From NCBI GenBank assembly GCA_964390025.1, contig CAYMGS010000001.1, positions 5,546 to 39,805 of the forward strand: DNA of 34,260 nucleotides. The letters are read 5' to 3'. A model generated the notes under the pieces. The model saw only the letters and a program-made list of their open reading frames with translations. It ran no database searches and was not told the DNA's origin. This DNA is from an uncultured Rickettsiales bacterium. Lineage in GTDB: Bacteria > Pseudomonadota > Alphaproteobacteria > Rickettsiales > UBA998. Shown here piece by piece: positions 8,830 through 18,457 of this stretch (position 1 is the stretch's first letter; every line of letters starts with the position of its first letter). The translations under genes were made by a program, and so were the position numbers.

Positions 8830-10335
8830 CTACTGCAACCCGAGACAGTGTTTTATTTCCTGATCCCGCCCAAAATATTCGGCCTGAGCGAGGAACTTGG
8901 GACGGAATGGCTGTGGCGTATATTCCCCCTTCAGTTTTCCGTCATCTCCCATACCATGACTTTTATATTCGAATAATGTCTGGCTGACGATAACATCCCC
9001 TTCCTGACCCACGATTTCTTCTATTTTTGTGACTCTCCTGCGGCCATCCCGCATCCGTTGCAATTGTACAATAAGATGCAGGGCGCTGGCAATTTGGTAA
9101 CGCAGTGAACTGGCCGTCACATTGACGCCTGACATACCCACCAGATTTTCAATCCGCGCCAGGCAGTCGCGGGGGGAATTGGCGTGAATCGTAGCCATAG
9201 ACCCATCATGGCCTGTATTCATTGCTGAGAGCACATCGATCACCTCGTCACCACGCATTTCGCCCAGGATAATTCGATCCGGACGCATCCGTAATGCGTT
9301 TTTCACCAACTGTCTCTGCGTCACCTCTCCAGAACCTTCTGTGGAGGGTGGGCGTGTCTCCAGCCTTAGTACATGGGGCTGATGCATTTGCAGCTCTGCA
9401 GCATCCTCAATGGTAATGACGCGCTCTCCCGTATCAATATGGCCAGAAAGCGCATTGAGCAGAGTCGTTTTTCCTGATCCGGTACCACCGGAAACAATAA
9501 TATTCAGCCGTATGGCTGCACATATTTCAAGGAATCTACACATCTCCGGACTCATGGAGTCATACTCCACATAATCACTCAACGGCATTTTGTGTTTCTT
9601 GAATTTCCGGATGGAAACCAGCGACCCGTCTAATGCCAGTGGCGGAATGATGGCGTTAAAGCGTGATCCGTCTTCAAGACGCGCATCACACATGGGGCTG
9701 CTTTCATCAATGCGTCGTCCTACGCGAGAGACAATACGCTGGATAATTCCACGCAAATGCTTTTCGTTGAGAAACGAGATATCTGACAGGTATATTCTGC
9801 CGCTTTTCTCAATATAGACCCGTTCTGCTGTATTGATCATGATATCGGAGACTTCCGGATCAGAAAGCAGGGGTTCAATAGGGCCAAGCCCCAGAATTTC
9901 ATCCAGTGCCTGCTGTTTAAGCAGTTCAATCTGTGCCCCTGTTAATGGTGCGTCAATTTCCTGTATGCTCTGCGAGGCTACTTCCATCACGCGTTCTTTA
10001 CGCCGGGAAGGTGAGACTTTTTGTAAACTGGCAAAGTCGATCGACATCACCATTTTTTCAATCAGAGCAATTTTGGCTGTACGATATTCCGGGGTCTCCA
10101 GATTGGGATCGGTATAGGCAAGCACGTCCTCCTGCCTGCGGGAGCTGATCTCCTCGGCCTGACGCATATGATCACTGAGTGCCTGTGATGCCTGCTGTGC
10201 CTTAACAACCTGCCCCCCATGGGACTGATCCGATTCGACAACCGCCGGAAGCTGGTCGGACTCAGTTACTTCTTCGCCTGAGGTGCGAGTATAATCAGGG
10301 TCTGTTGAAGAAGGTGTATTTTTTTTACCAAACAT
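8830..10335 (-). CDS. cpaF: Tad/Flp pilus assembly ATPase CpaF/TadA
   Basis: 501-aa ORF with Walker [29 protein letters not shown] (Walker B/Asp box) and His box [12 protein letters not shown]. The N-terminus is acidic and low-complexity. Confidence 0.93.
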   Translation of the reverse strand: MFGKKNTPSSTDPDYTRTSGEEVTESDQLPAVVESDQSHGGQVVKAQQASQALSDHMRQAEEISSRRQEDVLAYTDPNLETPEYRTAKIALIEKMVMSIDFASLQKVSPSRRKERVMEVASQSIQEIDAPLTGAQIELLKQQALDEILGLGPIEPLLSDPEVSDIMINTAERVYIEKSGRIYLSDISFLNEKHLRGIIQRIVSRVGRRIDESSPMCDARLEDGSRFNAIIPPLALDGSLVSIRKFKKHKMPLSDYVEYDSMSPEMCRFLEICAAIRLNIIVSGGTGSGKTTLLNALSGHIDTGERVITIEDAAELQMHQPHVLRLETRPPSTEGSGEVTQRQLVKNALRMRPDRIILGEMRGDEVIDVLSAMNTGHDGSMATIHANSPRDCLARIENLVGMSGVNVTASSLRYQIASALHLIVQLQRMRDGRRRVTKIEEIVGQEGDVIVSQTLFEYKSHGMGDDGKLKGEYTPQPFRPKFLAQAEYFGRDQEIKHCLGLQ

Positions 10336-10343
10336 CTCTTACC

Positions 10344-11552
10344 CTATGTAAGCCGTTTGACTTCATTATGCGCTATCTGGACACTGGCCGGGGATTTAAA
10401 TGCCGGGCCTCCCTTTGTCGAATGCACTTTACCGGAAATCGACTCTGCCATTTGCTCCAGCTGATTTGCCAGGCTGGAGCGGCCTAATTCAATGATCGTG
10501 CTACCTTTATTCTCTGCTTTCACCACTGTCTTAATATCATTCGAGATATAAAAATTGATGGGGTGAGAGGTCACACGTTCAAAATCACGGGCATTGACGG
10601 CTTCTTTAAATTTTGCGCCACTGCGATTAATAGCTACGGAAATATTTTCTGGTTTAATACCGAGTTTTACACATTCATTCAGCAACCGTGAGCAGTGCGT
10701 CACAGACTTAAGCCATAATTGTGCTGTGAGCACAATGTGGCTGGAGCTTGTGAGTACTGCCGTCACCCAGTTCGTCCACAGATGCGGCAGGTCTAAGACA
10801 GTGTAATAATATTTTTCCTGCAGAGATTGCAGCAAGTCACGAATTGTCTCAGGGCGCACATTTGGCATATAAAGCAGCTGAGCTGGTGCTGAGACCACAT
10901 CCAGATGCGGACTGTAAGATACCACCATACGCTCCATCAGCGTTGCATCAATCCCACGATCAGGGTGGTCAAAAACTTCGCGAATACCATATTGCCCGGC
11001 CAGGTCCAGATTTTTTGCCACCATGCCAAACTGATAGTCCAGATCCACTAACACTGTTTTCTTTTTCTGACCTTCTGCCAGCGCATAAGCTGTGTTGAGC
11101 GCCAGTATGCTGGAACCATCCCCGGCGGCTGCACCCAGAAAACTAATCACGGGTGTATTGGCATGACCTGAATCCGCAGAAGATTTAATCAGGATATTAC
11201 GTATGGTTTCTATTTCAACCGGCTTCGGCAGGTATTCCAGCACCCCCTTATCAATAAGGGCACGGTACAGGCCAATATCGTTGGTAGCCCCCAGAACCAC
11301 CACCCGGGCATCCACATTGCAGTACTCCGCCAGCTGATCCAGCTCCGGCAGGACATCATGGCCCCGATCCTCTATGTCAATAATGATAAATTGCGGAGAG
11401 TATTGTGTTTCGGAAAGGGTACGTGCCGCCTCTAGCGGTGTTCCGATGATGATATTTGCAAAAGAATATCCCAGTGATACTGCCGCCTGATTATAAAACT
11501 CCCGCTCCGAGTCATGCGTTATGATTGCTAAGACAGGGCTTTGTTGATCCAT
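10344..11552 (-). CDS. cpaE: Tad/Flp pilus assembly protein CpaE/TadZ (receiver-like N-domain plus MinD/ParA-like domain with degenerate P-loop)
   Basis: 402-aa ORF in the cpaD-cpaE-cpaF position. The N-terminal ~120 aa are receiver-like (FIIIDIED...VVVLG...YLPKP). The central MinD/ParA-like fold runs VISFLGAAAGDGSSILALNTAYALA...VLVDLDYQFG. Confidence 0.8.
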   Translation of the reverse strand: MDQQSPVLAIITHDSEREFYNQAAVSLGYSFANIIIGTPLEAARTLSETQYSPQFIIIDIEDRGHDVLPELDQLAEYCNVDARVVVLGATNDIGLYRALIDKGVLEYLPKPVEIETIRNILIKSSADSGHANTPVISFLGAAAGDGSSILALNTAYALAEGQKKKTVLVDLDYQFGMVAKNLDLAGQYGIREVFDHPDRGIDATLMERMVVSYSPHLDVVSAPAQLLYMPNVRPETIRDLLQSLQEKYYYTVLDLPHLWTNWVTAVLTSSSHIVLTAQLWLKSVTHCSRLLNECVKLGIKPENISVAINRSGAKFKEAVNARDFERVTSHPINFYISNDIKTVVKAENKGSTIIELGRSSLANQLEQMAESISGKVHSTKGGPAFKSPASVQIAHNEVKRLT

Positions 11553-11578
11553 GAGTTCTCGGCTTTCAGGTCACGCAA

Positions 11579-12163
11579 TTAATCAGTGCTTGCGTCTTCT
11601 ACGCTAATATCCTCGTCATCTGCTGATTCCTGACTGGGATTGAGATAAATAGTTTCGTATACTTTTACACCTCTTTCAGCATCAAAGTAATCCAGCAGAG
11701 GCGGATTGATAAACTGACGTTTATCGGTAACCATACGCACCATGTTAGATGCCGTAGCACACCCGAACGTAGGATGTGGCATATTATATGGATTGATATG
11801 GTTGTCGATGTAGCGATGCTCGCAATCACGCGCCAGCACACGCTCATAAATCAGATGAACAGTGTTTTCTGCAGCAGAGGCGAATTTATAATCTACACCA
11901 TAGAGCGCCATTACCTCTTCAGCAGCCTGACAGATAGGGTCACCCTGAATGCACAGTATTTCTGCACGCGTTGGCTGATCCTGATCAATCCAGTCGACGA
12001 TTTCATCAACAGATCGCTCGGAATTGAGCTGCACGCTAACCACTTCAGAAGAAGCATCCAGCAGACTCTCGGGATCACCACGGTTGAAAAACGCTTCACG
12101 CGGAATTTCATTACACGCGCTGAGCAGACATATAACAGGGAGAAGTAAAACAAGTTGTTTCAT
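11579..12163 (-). CDS. cpaD: CpaD-family pilus assembly lipoprotein
   Basis: 194-aa ORF with a lipobox (LLPVICLLSAC) and the C-terminal FGCATASNMVRMV block remembered from the CpaD family. Positioned between the secretin and cpaE. Confidence 0.7.
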   Translation of the reverse strand: MKQLVLLLPVICLLSACNEIPREAFFNRGDPESLLDASSEVVSVQLNSERSVDEIVDWIDQDQPTRAEILCIQGDPICQAAEEVMALYGVDYKFASAAENTVHLIYERVLARDCEHRYIDNHINPYNMPHPTFGCATASNMVRMVTDKRQFINPPLLDYFDAERGVKVYETIYLNPSQESADDEDISVEDASTD

Positions 12164-12165
12164 GA

Positions 12166-13623
12166 TTAGTCCACCATAAATCCGATTGGCCCCTCGAGGC
12201 TTGGTGTTTGTGAAATGCGCTCAGCATCATCCGAGATAGAGCCCAGCGCTCCGTAGAAGAAAGACTCCATAACACTGGCCGGCTTGAACTGATCCGTCGG
12301 CAGCTTAACATCGCCGGAAAGCATGGGATCCACGAGGTAGGGCGTAATTGCCAGCACCAGTTCCGTTTCTTCACGCTGGTATGCCGTGCTTCTGAAGAGC
12401 GCACTGAGAATAGGAACCTCACTCAGGCCGGGCAACTGTTCAATGCTGGACTGCATTTCATCTAAAATCAGCCCTGCAATCATAAAGCTTTCACCGGGTG
12501 ATAATTCTACCGTGGTTTTTGCACGACGCGTTGAAAGCGCCGGGATTTGAATATTGTTGATGATAATCGCGCCCTCATCCGTGATCTCAGAGACTTCCGG
12601 CTCCACCTGTACGCGAATGCGGCTTTCACTCAGCACGATCGGAAGGAAATTAACCGATACCCCGAAAGGCTTGAACTCAATACTAATCTGCCCTTCCTCC
12701 GCCTGCACCGGAATGGGGAATTCACCACCTGCCAGGAACTGGGCCTTTTCACCCGACATAGCCACCAGATTGGGCTCTGCCAGCACCTTGAACAACCCGT
12801 CACGCTCCAGAGCCTCCAGCATACCGGAGACACCGTTGCCACTGGAATTTAGATACGTTCCACTCACGAGACCTCTTGGCGCAGAGTCACCCTCAAGATT
12901 GGCCGTAAATGTACCAAAGCCGAGAGCGCTACCATTCACAAACGCATCCAGCCCACCGCCGGTTGCCACAGAGAACACCGTATCAGCACCATTATTAATA
13001 GCCTGCAGGTTGACACCCAGATTTTTCAAGGCCGTACGCCGCATCTCACCTACCCGCACCCGCAGCATCACCTGCTGCCCTGCCGTGACTGACATAAGGT
13101 TGATGATTTTTGAGGTAAACCCTTCCGCACCGCCCGCATCACCTGCCGCAGGCGTGTTTTCGGTTGTCGCAAAGGCCGGGGCCACAAATTCATTGACGAT
13201 TTTAAGCGCTTTATCAGCGGAAGAGATGCTGCTCACCTGACCCGTCAGAGCAATATTGGTATTGACCATCTCCACACCGATGGCTTCATAGGGCAAAAAT
13301 TCTTTCAGCGCTTTACGAATCGCCGGAAGATCATATCCAACCACCACATCGACCGCACGGATCAATTTGCTTTCCGGATCAAATATGCGTATGGACGTGG
13401 TACCCAGCCCCTTGCCAATAATGGAAACTTTGTTTTTTCCGTGCACATACACATCGGCAACCGAAGGGTTGGCCACAATCACCTCGCCCATTTCCACCGG
13501 CACTTCAATCAATTCGGAGCGGCTTATCGGCACGACAAAATCCGTGGAAGCCAGAGCTTTTACCGGCATCACCAACATGAAGCCAACCACAAAATAAAAC
13601 AAAAATTTAAACGACGAACCCAT
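12166..13623 (-). CDS. cpaC: Tad/Flp pilus secretin CpaC/RcpA
   Basis: The track ORF extends to 13707. I prefer ATG 13621..13623 (AGGA 7 nt upstream), which gives the signal peptide MGSSFKFLFYFVVGFMLVMPVKALA. Secretin domain: VLAEPNLVAMSGEKAQFLAGGEFPIP ... ELVLAITPYLV. Confidence 0.9.
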   Translation of the reverse strand: MGSSFKFLFYFVVGFMLVMPVKALASTDFVVPISRSELIEVPVEMGEVIVANPSVADVYVHGKNKVSIIGKGLGTTSIRIFDPESKLIRAVDVVVGYDLPAIRKALKEFLPYEAIGVEMVNTNIALTGQVSSISSADKALKIVNEFVAPAFATTENTPAAGDAGGAEGFTSKIINLMSVTAGQQVMLRVRVGEMRRTALKNLGVNLQAINNGADTVFSVATGGGLDAFVNGSALGFGTFTANLEGDSAPRGLVSGTYLNSSGNGVSGMLEALERDGLFKVLAEPNLVAMSGEKAQFLAGGEFPIPVQAEEGQISIEFKPFGVSVNFLPIVLSESRIRVQVEPEVSEITDEGAIIINNIQIPALSTRRAKTTVELSPGESFMIAGLILDEMQSSIEQLPGLSEVPILSALFRSTAYQREETELVLAITPYLVDPMLSGDVKLPTDQFKPASVMESFFYGALGSISDDAERISQTPSLEGPIGFMVD

Positions 13624-13651
13624 ATATGTATCCTGGAGAATTCTCATGAAT

Positions 13652-14560
13652 CTACTCGGCCTCTTCCTCGTATTCCTCATATGTCTCTTTCTGACTTTCG
13701 GCAACATTGACTTCGGTCATTTCCACGCCGCGGATAATGACCACCGAGGCCTTTCTCTTTTTCGCGCCGGAATCACTGGCACCACCATCTTCATCATACA
13801 CACCGGCCTGAGACAGGTCTGCAACATGCGTAACGGGCGGTATTTCTGTTTCTCTGTCCTCAAGCCCACGCAAAGCCAGCGAAAGGTATCCTGTTTCCTG
13901 ACCAAGTCGCAGGCGCTGCGCATCTTCCAAAGACACTTCCAGACTAATGCTTGAGGGCACCTCTATCTCTTCGAGCGAACCACCACCGGTAGCGCGCTGA
14001 TTCACCGCCAGCACCTTAATGTCGGCCAGCAGCGTTTCCGTCACACTTTCCGTTTCTTCCTGACCTTCTTCTGCCTCTTCTTTAGGAATGCTGTGCGTTA
14101 CCAATACATCCACACGGTCACCCGGATATACAAAACCGGCAACACCGGCAATACCATCGGACGCCACCGTAACCACACGCATCCCCGGCGACAGGCTAGC
14201 CGCCAGAAAACTGGGGTCGTTGGGATTGGAAAGGCGGGCCTGCACTATAGGCTCGCCCTGCTGAAAGGAAGAGCGGGTTACCATTTTTACCACAGATTGC
14301 GATGCATCCGGGCTGGTGATAAAGTTATCAAGAACAAGATGCTGGGGCCACGGCTGAGAATCAAGCATTTCCGGCTCAATCACCTCGCCTATGGAAATGG
14401 GCCGCGCAGCGATCAACACATTAAGCGTCTCAAAATCCTGCCCCTGCGCTTGAACGACAACCGTTTCTGCCGGCGCATCCTGCCCCCGAAACAGCTTAAA
14501 CGCCACCACTCCGGCACCCAGGGCCAACACAAATGCAATAATAAGACCTACGAGACGCAT
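13652..14560 (-). CDS. cpaB: Flp pilus assembly protein CpaB/RcpC
   Basis: 302-aa ORF with an N-terminal anchor MRLVGLIIAFVLALGAGVVAF followed by SAF/RcpC-like beta-rich domains. It is the first gene of the tad series, with GGGGAAG upstream. Confidence 0.85.
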   Translation of the reverse strand: MRLVGLIIAFVLALGAGVVAFKLFRGQDAPAETVVVQAQGQDFETLNVLIAARPISIGEVIEPEMLDSQPWPQHLVLDNFITSPDASQSVVKMVTRSSFQQGEPIVQARLSNPNDPSFLAASLSPGMRVVTVASDGIAGVAGFVYPGDRVDVLVTHSIPKEEAEEGQEETESVTETLLADIKVLAVNQRATGGGSLEEIEVPSSISLEVSLEDAQRLRLGQETGYLSLALRGLEDRETEIPPVTHVADLSQAGVYDEDGGASDSGAKKRKASVVIIRGVEMTEVNVAESQKETYEEYEEEAE

Positions 14561-14657
14561 ATGATCTAATTCTTCCCCTGTTATGAGTTACTTAAAGCGT
14601 TTGCCCTAAGCAACGTCGCTGATTGTATCTTATTTAATCCATAGATACTACATATGG

Positions 14658-14687
14658 TTTTTACAGAGAAAGCTTTTTTTGAGTCAA
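14658..14687 (-). promoter_or_regulatory. Candidate sigma70-type promoter for the cpaB..tadC operon
   Basis: The minus strand reads TTGACT (14687..14682), an 18-nt spacer, then TAAAAA (14663..14658), roughly 100 nt upstream of cpaB. Pattern match only. Confidence 0.2.
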
Positions 14688-14933
14688 GCGCTATTCGTGG
14701 CACAAATGCTGTTCGGGATAGTTTGCCCAGGCGCGTGATATAATTATCAATGCGTGACTTTCATGCCGCTTTCAGTGTGCGAGAGCTTCAGGCTTGTTAC
14801 ATAATATCGCATAACAAACCCATTGGCTCTTTGTGCTTTCTTAAGGCGCAGGTTTTGATTGCCCCATGCGGCCTGACATGCCATAACACAGCAGCAGGAT
14901 TAACGACTACTATGTGATTTTTATACCAGACAC

Positions 14934-16484
14934 ATGCACCACGACGGCATCATTATCCTCGATCTCGGCTCTCAGGTCACGCAGCTCATTGCACGGCGTG
15001 TGCGTGAGCAGGGTGTATATTGTGAGATAATCCCTTTTAACGTGGACATTGCAACCATCCGGGAACTGAATCCGAAAGGACTTATTTTATCTGGTGGGCC
15101 GGCTTCCGTTCACGAAGACGCATCACCACGTATATCGGCCGGCGTATTTGAGCTTGGCATCCCTGTGCTTGGCATTTGTTACGGCCAGCAGCTGATGTGC
15201 CAGTTACTTGGCGGCGAGGTGCTGATGAGTCCTGAACGTGAGTTTGGACGCGCTTTTATAGAGATTGTTGCCTCATCTCCGTTTTTTGGAGATGACTGGA
15301 AATCCGGTGAATCGCATCAGGTGTGGATGAGTCATGGCGATCGTGTGGAACGTATCCCGCAGGGATTCACTGTTCTGGCCAAGACCCCGGCTGCCCCGTA
15401 TGCCATTATTGCGGATGAAGCCCGCCGTTTTTACGGGGTGCAATTTCATCCGGAAGTCGTTCATACACCTGACGGCGGTAAGCTGCTGCGACACTTTACA
15501 CATGATATATGTGGCTGCAGCGGTGACTGGAACATGGCTTCTTTTATGGAGGAAGCGCTTCAGAAAATCCGTACGCAGGTTGGAGATCGCAAGGTGATCT
15601 GTGCGGTCAGCGGCGGAGTGGACTCTTCCGTTGTCGCGGCATTGCTGCATAAGGCCATCGGTGACCAGCTAACCTGTATTTTTGTCGATACTGGTGTGCT
15701 GCGCTTAGATGAAGGCAAGCAGGTCAAAGTGCTGTTCAGCAGTTATTTTCATATCCCGCTGGTCTATGTGGATGCCGGAAAATTATTCCTAAACCGGCTG
15801 GAAGGGGTCAGTAACCCTGAGCGGAAGCGTAAAATTATCGGGGAGACCTTTATTGAGGTGTTTGAGGTAGAGGCGGAGAAGGCCGGGGAAGCGGATTTTC
15901 TGGCCCAGGGCACATTATATCCCGATGTGATTGAATCTGTGTCCGTGCATGGTGGGCCCAGCGCGACCATCAAATCACATCATAATGTCGGCGGGCTGCC
16001 GGAACATATGAAGCTGGAACTGATTGAACCGGTGCGGGAGCTGTTTAAAGACGAAGTACGGGCGCTGGGCATTGAGCTGGGCATGGCAGAGGACATGGTA
16101 TGGCGTCACCCCTTCCCCGGGCCCGGTCTTGCCATTCGTATTCCCGGAGAGGTATCTGTTGAGAAGCTTGATATATTGCGACGGGCTGATGCGATCTATA
16201 TAGAAGAAATACGCAATGCCGGTCTGTATGATGCCATCTGGCAGGCATTTGCTGTGCTGCTGCCGGTGAAAACTGTCGGTGTTATGGGCGATGCGCGCAC
16301 CTATGAGTATGTCTGCGCATTGCGTGCCGTCACCGCAACTGACGGCATGACAGCAGATTATTATCCGTTCGATCATGCTTTTCTGGGGCGCGTGGCGAGC
16401 CGTATTATTAATGAAGTCCGGGGCATTAACCGGGTCGTCTATGACGTGACCAGCAAACCACCCGGAACGATTGAATGGGAATAA
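14934..16484 (+). CDS. guaA: GMP synthase (glutamine-hydrolysing)
   Basis: 516-aa ORF with the GATase catalytic block [13 protein letters not shown]-pyrophosphatase P-loop [10 protein letters not shown] and C-terminus PPGTIEWE. Confidence 0.97.
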   Translation: MHHDGIIILDLGSQVTQLIARRVREQGVYCEIIPFNVDIATIRELNPKGLILSGGPASVHEDASPRISAGVFELGIPVLGICYGQQLMCQLLGGEVLMSPEREFGRAFIEIVASSPFFGDDWKSGESHQVWMSHGDRVERIPQGFTVLAKTPAAPYAIIADEARRFYGVQFHPEVVHTPDGGKLLRHFTHDICGCSGDWNMASFMEEALQKIRTQVGDRKVICAVSGGVDSSVVAALLHKAIGDQLTCIFVDTGVLRLDEGKQVKVLFSSYFHIPLVYVDAGKLFLNRLEGVSNPERKRKIIGETFIEVFEVEAEKAGEADFLAQGTLYPDVIESVSVHGGPSATIKSHHNVGGLPEHMKLELIEPVRELFKDEVRALGIELGMAEDMVWRHPFPGPGLAIRIPGEVSVEKLDILRRADAIYIEEIRNAGLYDAIWQAFAVLLPVKTVGVMGDARTYEYVCALRAVTATDGMTADYYPFDHAFLGRVASRIINEVRGINRVVYDVTSKPPGTIEWE

Positions 16485-16498
16485 CGTAAGGACGTATC

Positions 16499-17152
16499 AT
16501 GGCAGATCATCTGATTGACGAAGTGGATGAGGCGCTGCGCCGGGAGCGTATTGAAGCCTTCTGGAAGAAATTCGGGCAGTATGTGGTGGTAGCCAGCGTG
16601 GGTATCCTGATACTGACGGTTGGGGTGGTAATATGGCAGAGCCACCGCTCATCACAGCATACGGAATGGACCAGCCAGCTTATTGCTACCAGTTCCGAAC
16701 TGGACAGCAACCGGCAAAGCGAAGAAGCGATCATGCTTGCTGAGAATCTGGCCGCATCGTCGGATGGCGGTGCATCTGCACTTTCGCATTTATGGCTGGC
16801 ACAGCTTCACATGGAAAACGGTAACCCGGAAAAAGCCCGGGACGTACTTGCCGAGCTTCCACCGGATACTGCATATGGAGATTTTGCGGCGTTGCTTTCC
16901 CAATCGATCCGTGGTGGCACGGAACCGGAGGCCCAACCTGATGTGTTTCGCTTTACCGCCATGGAACTGGAAGCCAGCGCACATCTGGCAGAGGGCCGGG
17001 AGTCTGAGGCCGCAGTACTATTAAAAGCCATCCGTGATGACGCGCTCTCACCCCAGAGCATGCGCATGCGGGCGCAATTACTGCTTGACCATATCGGCCA
17101 GCATCAGCATGGCGAGGTCGAGGCATCTGCTGACATGCTAACGGAGCCATAA
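16499..17152 (+). CDS. Membrane-anchored helical/TPR-like protein (YfgM-like) preceding bamB-der
   Basis: 217-aa ORF with a single TM (YVVVASVGILILTVGVVIW) followed by an Ala/Leu-rich helical periplasmic part. The TPR protein-BamB-Der synteny is conserved. Confidence 0.6.
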   Translation: MADHLIDEVDEALRRERIEAFWKKFGQYVVVASVGILILTVGVVIWQSHRSSQHTEWTSQLIATSSELDSNRQSEEAIMLAENLAASSDGGASALSHLWLAQLHMENGNPEKARDVLAELPPDTAYGDFAALLSQSIRGGTEPEAQPDVFRFTAMELEASAHLAEGRESEAAVLLKAIRDDALSPQSMRMRAQLLLDHIGQHQHGEVEASADMLTEP

Positions 17153-17156
17153 GCCC

Positions 17157-18452
17157 ATGCGTGTCTTATCACTCTTTGTAACGCTCCTGCTGCCTGCCAT
17201 GCTGGCCGCATGCGATATGTTTGATGAAAAGGAAGTCAAACTGGAAGGCAACCGGATTCCCATTCTCAGTGAGCTGGGTACTTTAAACCCGAACAGCTCG
17301 CTGGATGCCACACCGGTGGTCTTGCCTGATCCGGGCGCTCCCACGGAATGGCCGCAAAGCGGTGGAAATGTCCGGCACCAGAAAAGCCATATACAGCTGG
17401 CCAAATCGATGAGCGAAGAAATCACCGCTGAGGCGGGAGACGGGTATGACTGGCCTTCCGCGCTCATTGCCGCTCCCATTATCGCTGATGGTCTGGTCTA
17501 CACCATGGATGCTTCCGGTACGGTGGCAGCAGCGCAGGCCGCATCTCCCGCGTCCCGACTCTGGACCATTCATTTAGGGGAAGAGGACGCATCTGACTAT
17601 ATTGGCGGCGGGCTGGCTTATGAATCCGGTGTGCTATTTGCCACTGTTGCCTCGGGCCGGGTGGTCGCCATGGATGCCAAAAGCGGTAATCCTCTGTGGA
17701 GCCGCAGCCTGAAGACACCGGTACGTTCTGCTCCGGCCGTGGTGCCCGGTTATGTACTGGTGATCACTGTAGACAGCCAGCTTTTTGTACTGGACGCCAA
17801 GAAAGGATCCATACTATGGCGCCATCGCGGCATACAGGAAACTGCAACCTTGCTTGGCACGGTCATTCCGGCAGTTGATAGCGGCAAAGTGGTGGTGGCC
17901 TACCCCTCAGGTGAAATCTATGCACTGGCACTGCGTAGCGGTGAAGTGTTGTGGGCAGACTCCCTGATTCTCCCCCGACGCACTACGGCACTGGGAGCTT
18001 TCACCGGTGTGGGTGGTGATCCGGTCATTGCGGGCGGCATGGTCTACACGGTGAGTCAAAATGGCCTGCTGGCTGCCAATGCCATGAACTCCGGCACGCG
18101 TGTGTGGGAGCAACCCATTGCCTCGCACAACACGCCATGGGTCTCCGGTGACTTTCTCTATGTGGTGTCTGCCTCACGTCAGCTTGTCTGTCTGTATCGC
18201 CATGACGGACGTATTAAATGGGTGGCGGATCTGCCCGCCGATGATGACCCCGAAGCGCTGGTCGGCCCATTCCTGATCAATAATCTTGCCATTATTTTCG
18301 GGGCATCCGGCACTTATTACGCATTTAATCCGGTAGATGGCACGTTTGAAGGTGAGCGATCCTTTATTTCCGGACGCATCTCACCGCCTGCCTTTGCCGG
18401 GGGCATGATGTATCTGGTCGATCAGGACGCTACGCTCCATATATTCCGGTAA
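17157..18452 (+). CDS. bamB: Outer membrane protein assembly factor BamB (PQQ-like beta-propeller lipoprotein)
   Basis: 431-aa ORF with a lipobox (LLPAMLAAC). Repeated blade motifs: VVAMDAKSGNPLWS, LFVLDAKKGSILWR, IYALALRSGEVLWA, LLAANAMNSGTRVWE. Lies immediately upstream of der. Confidence 0.85.
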   Translation: MRVLSLFVTLLLPAMLAACDMFDEKEVKLEGNRIPILSELGTLNPNSSLDATPVVLPDPGAPTEWPQSGGNVRHQKSHIQLAKSMSEEITAEAGDGYDWPSALIAAPIIADGLVYTMDASGTVAAAQAASPASRLWTIHLGEEDASDYIGGGLAYESGVLFATVASGRVVAMDAKSGNPLWSRSLKTPVRSAPAVVPGYVLVITVDSQLFVLDAKKGSILWRHRGIQETATLLGTVIPAVDSGKVVVAYPSGEIYALALRSGEVLWADSLILPRRTTALGAFTGVGGDPVIAGGMVYTVSQNGLLAANAMNSGTRVWEQPIASHNTPWVSGDFLYVVSASRQLVCLYRHDGRIKWVADLPADDDPEALVGPFLINNLAIIFGASGTYYAFNPVDGTFEGERSFISGRISPPAFAGGMMYLVDQDATLHIFR

Positions 18453-18457
18453 GACCC

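Noticed and set aside
12554-13240. 228-aa plus-strand ORF inside cpaC
   Set aside because: It is antisense to the secretin gene, and its Ser/Pro/Arg-rich composition is typical of a non-coding frame.
14561-14933. Search for a Flp pilin gene, riboswitch or small RNA in the cpaB-guaA intergenic region
   Set aside because: Reading both strands gave only very short ORFs without a Flp leader or hydrophobic core, and I recognised no conserved RNA structure.
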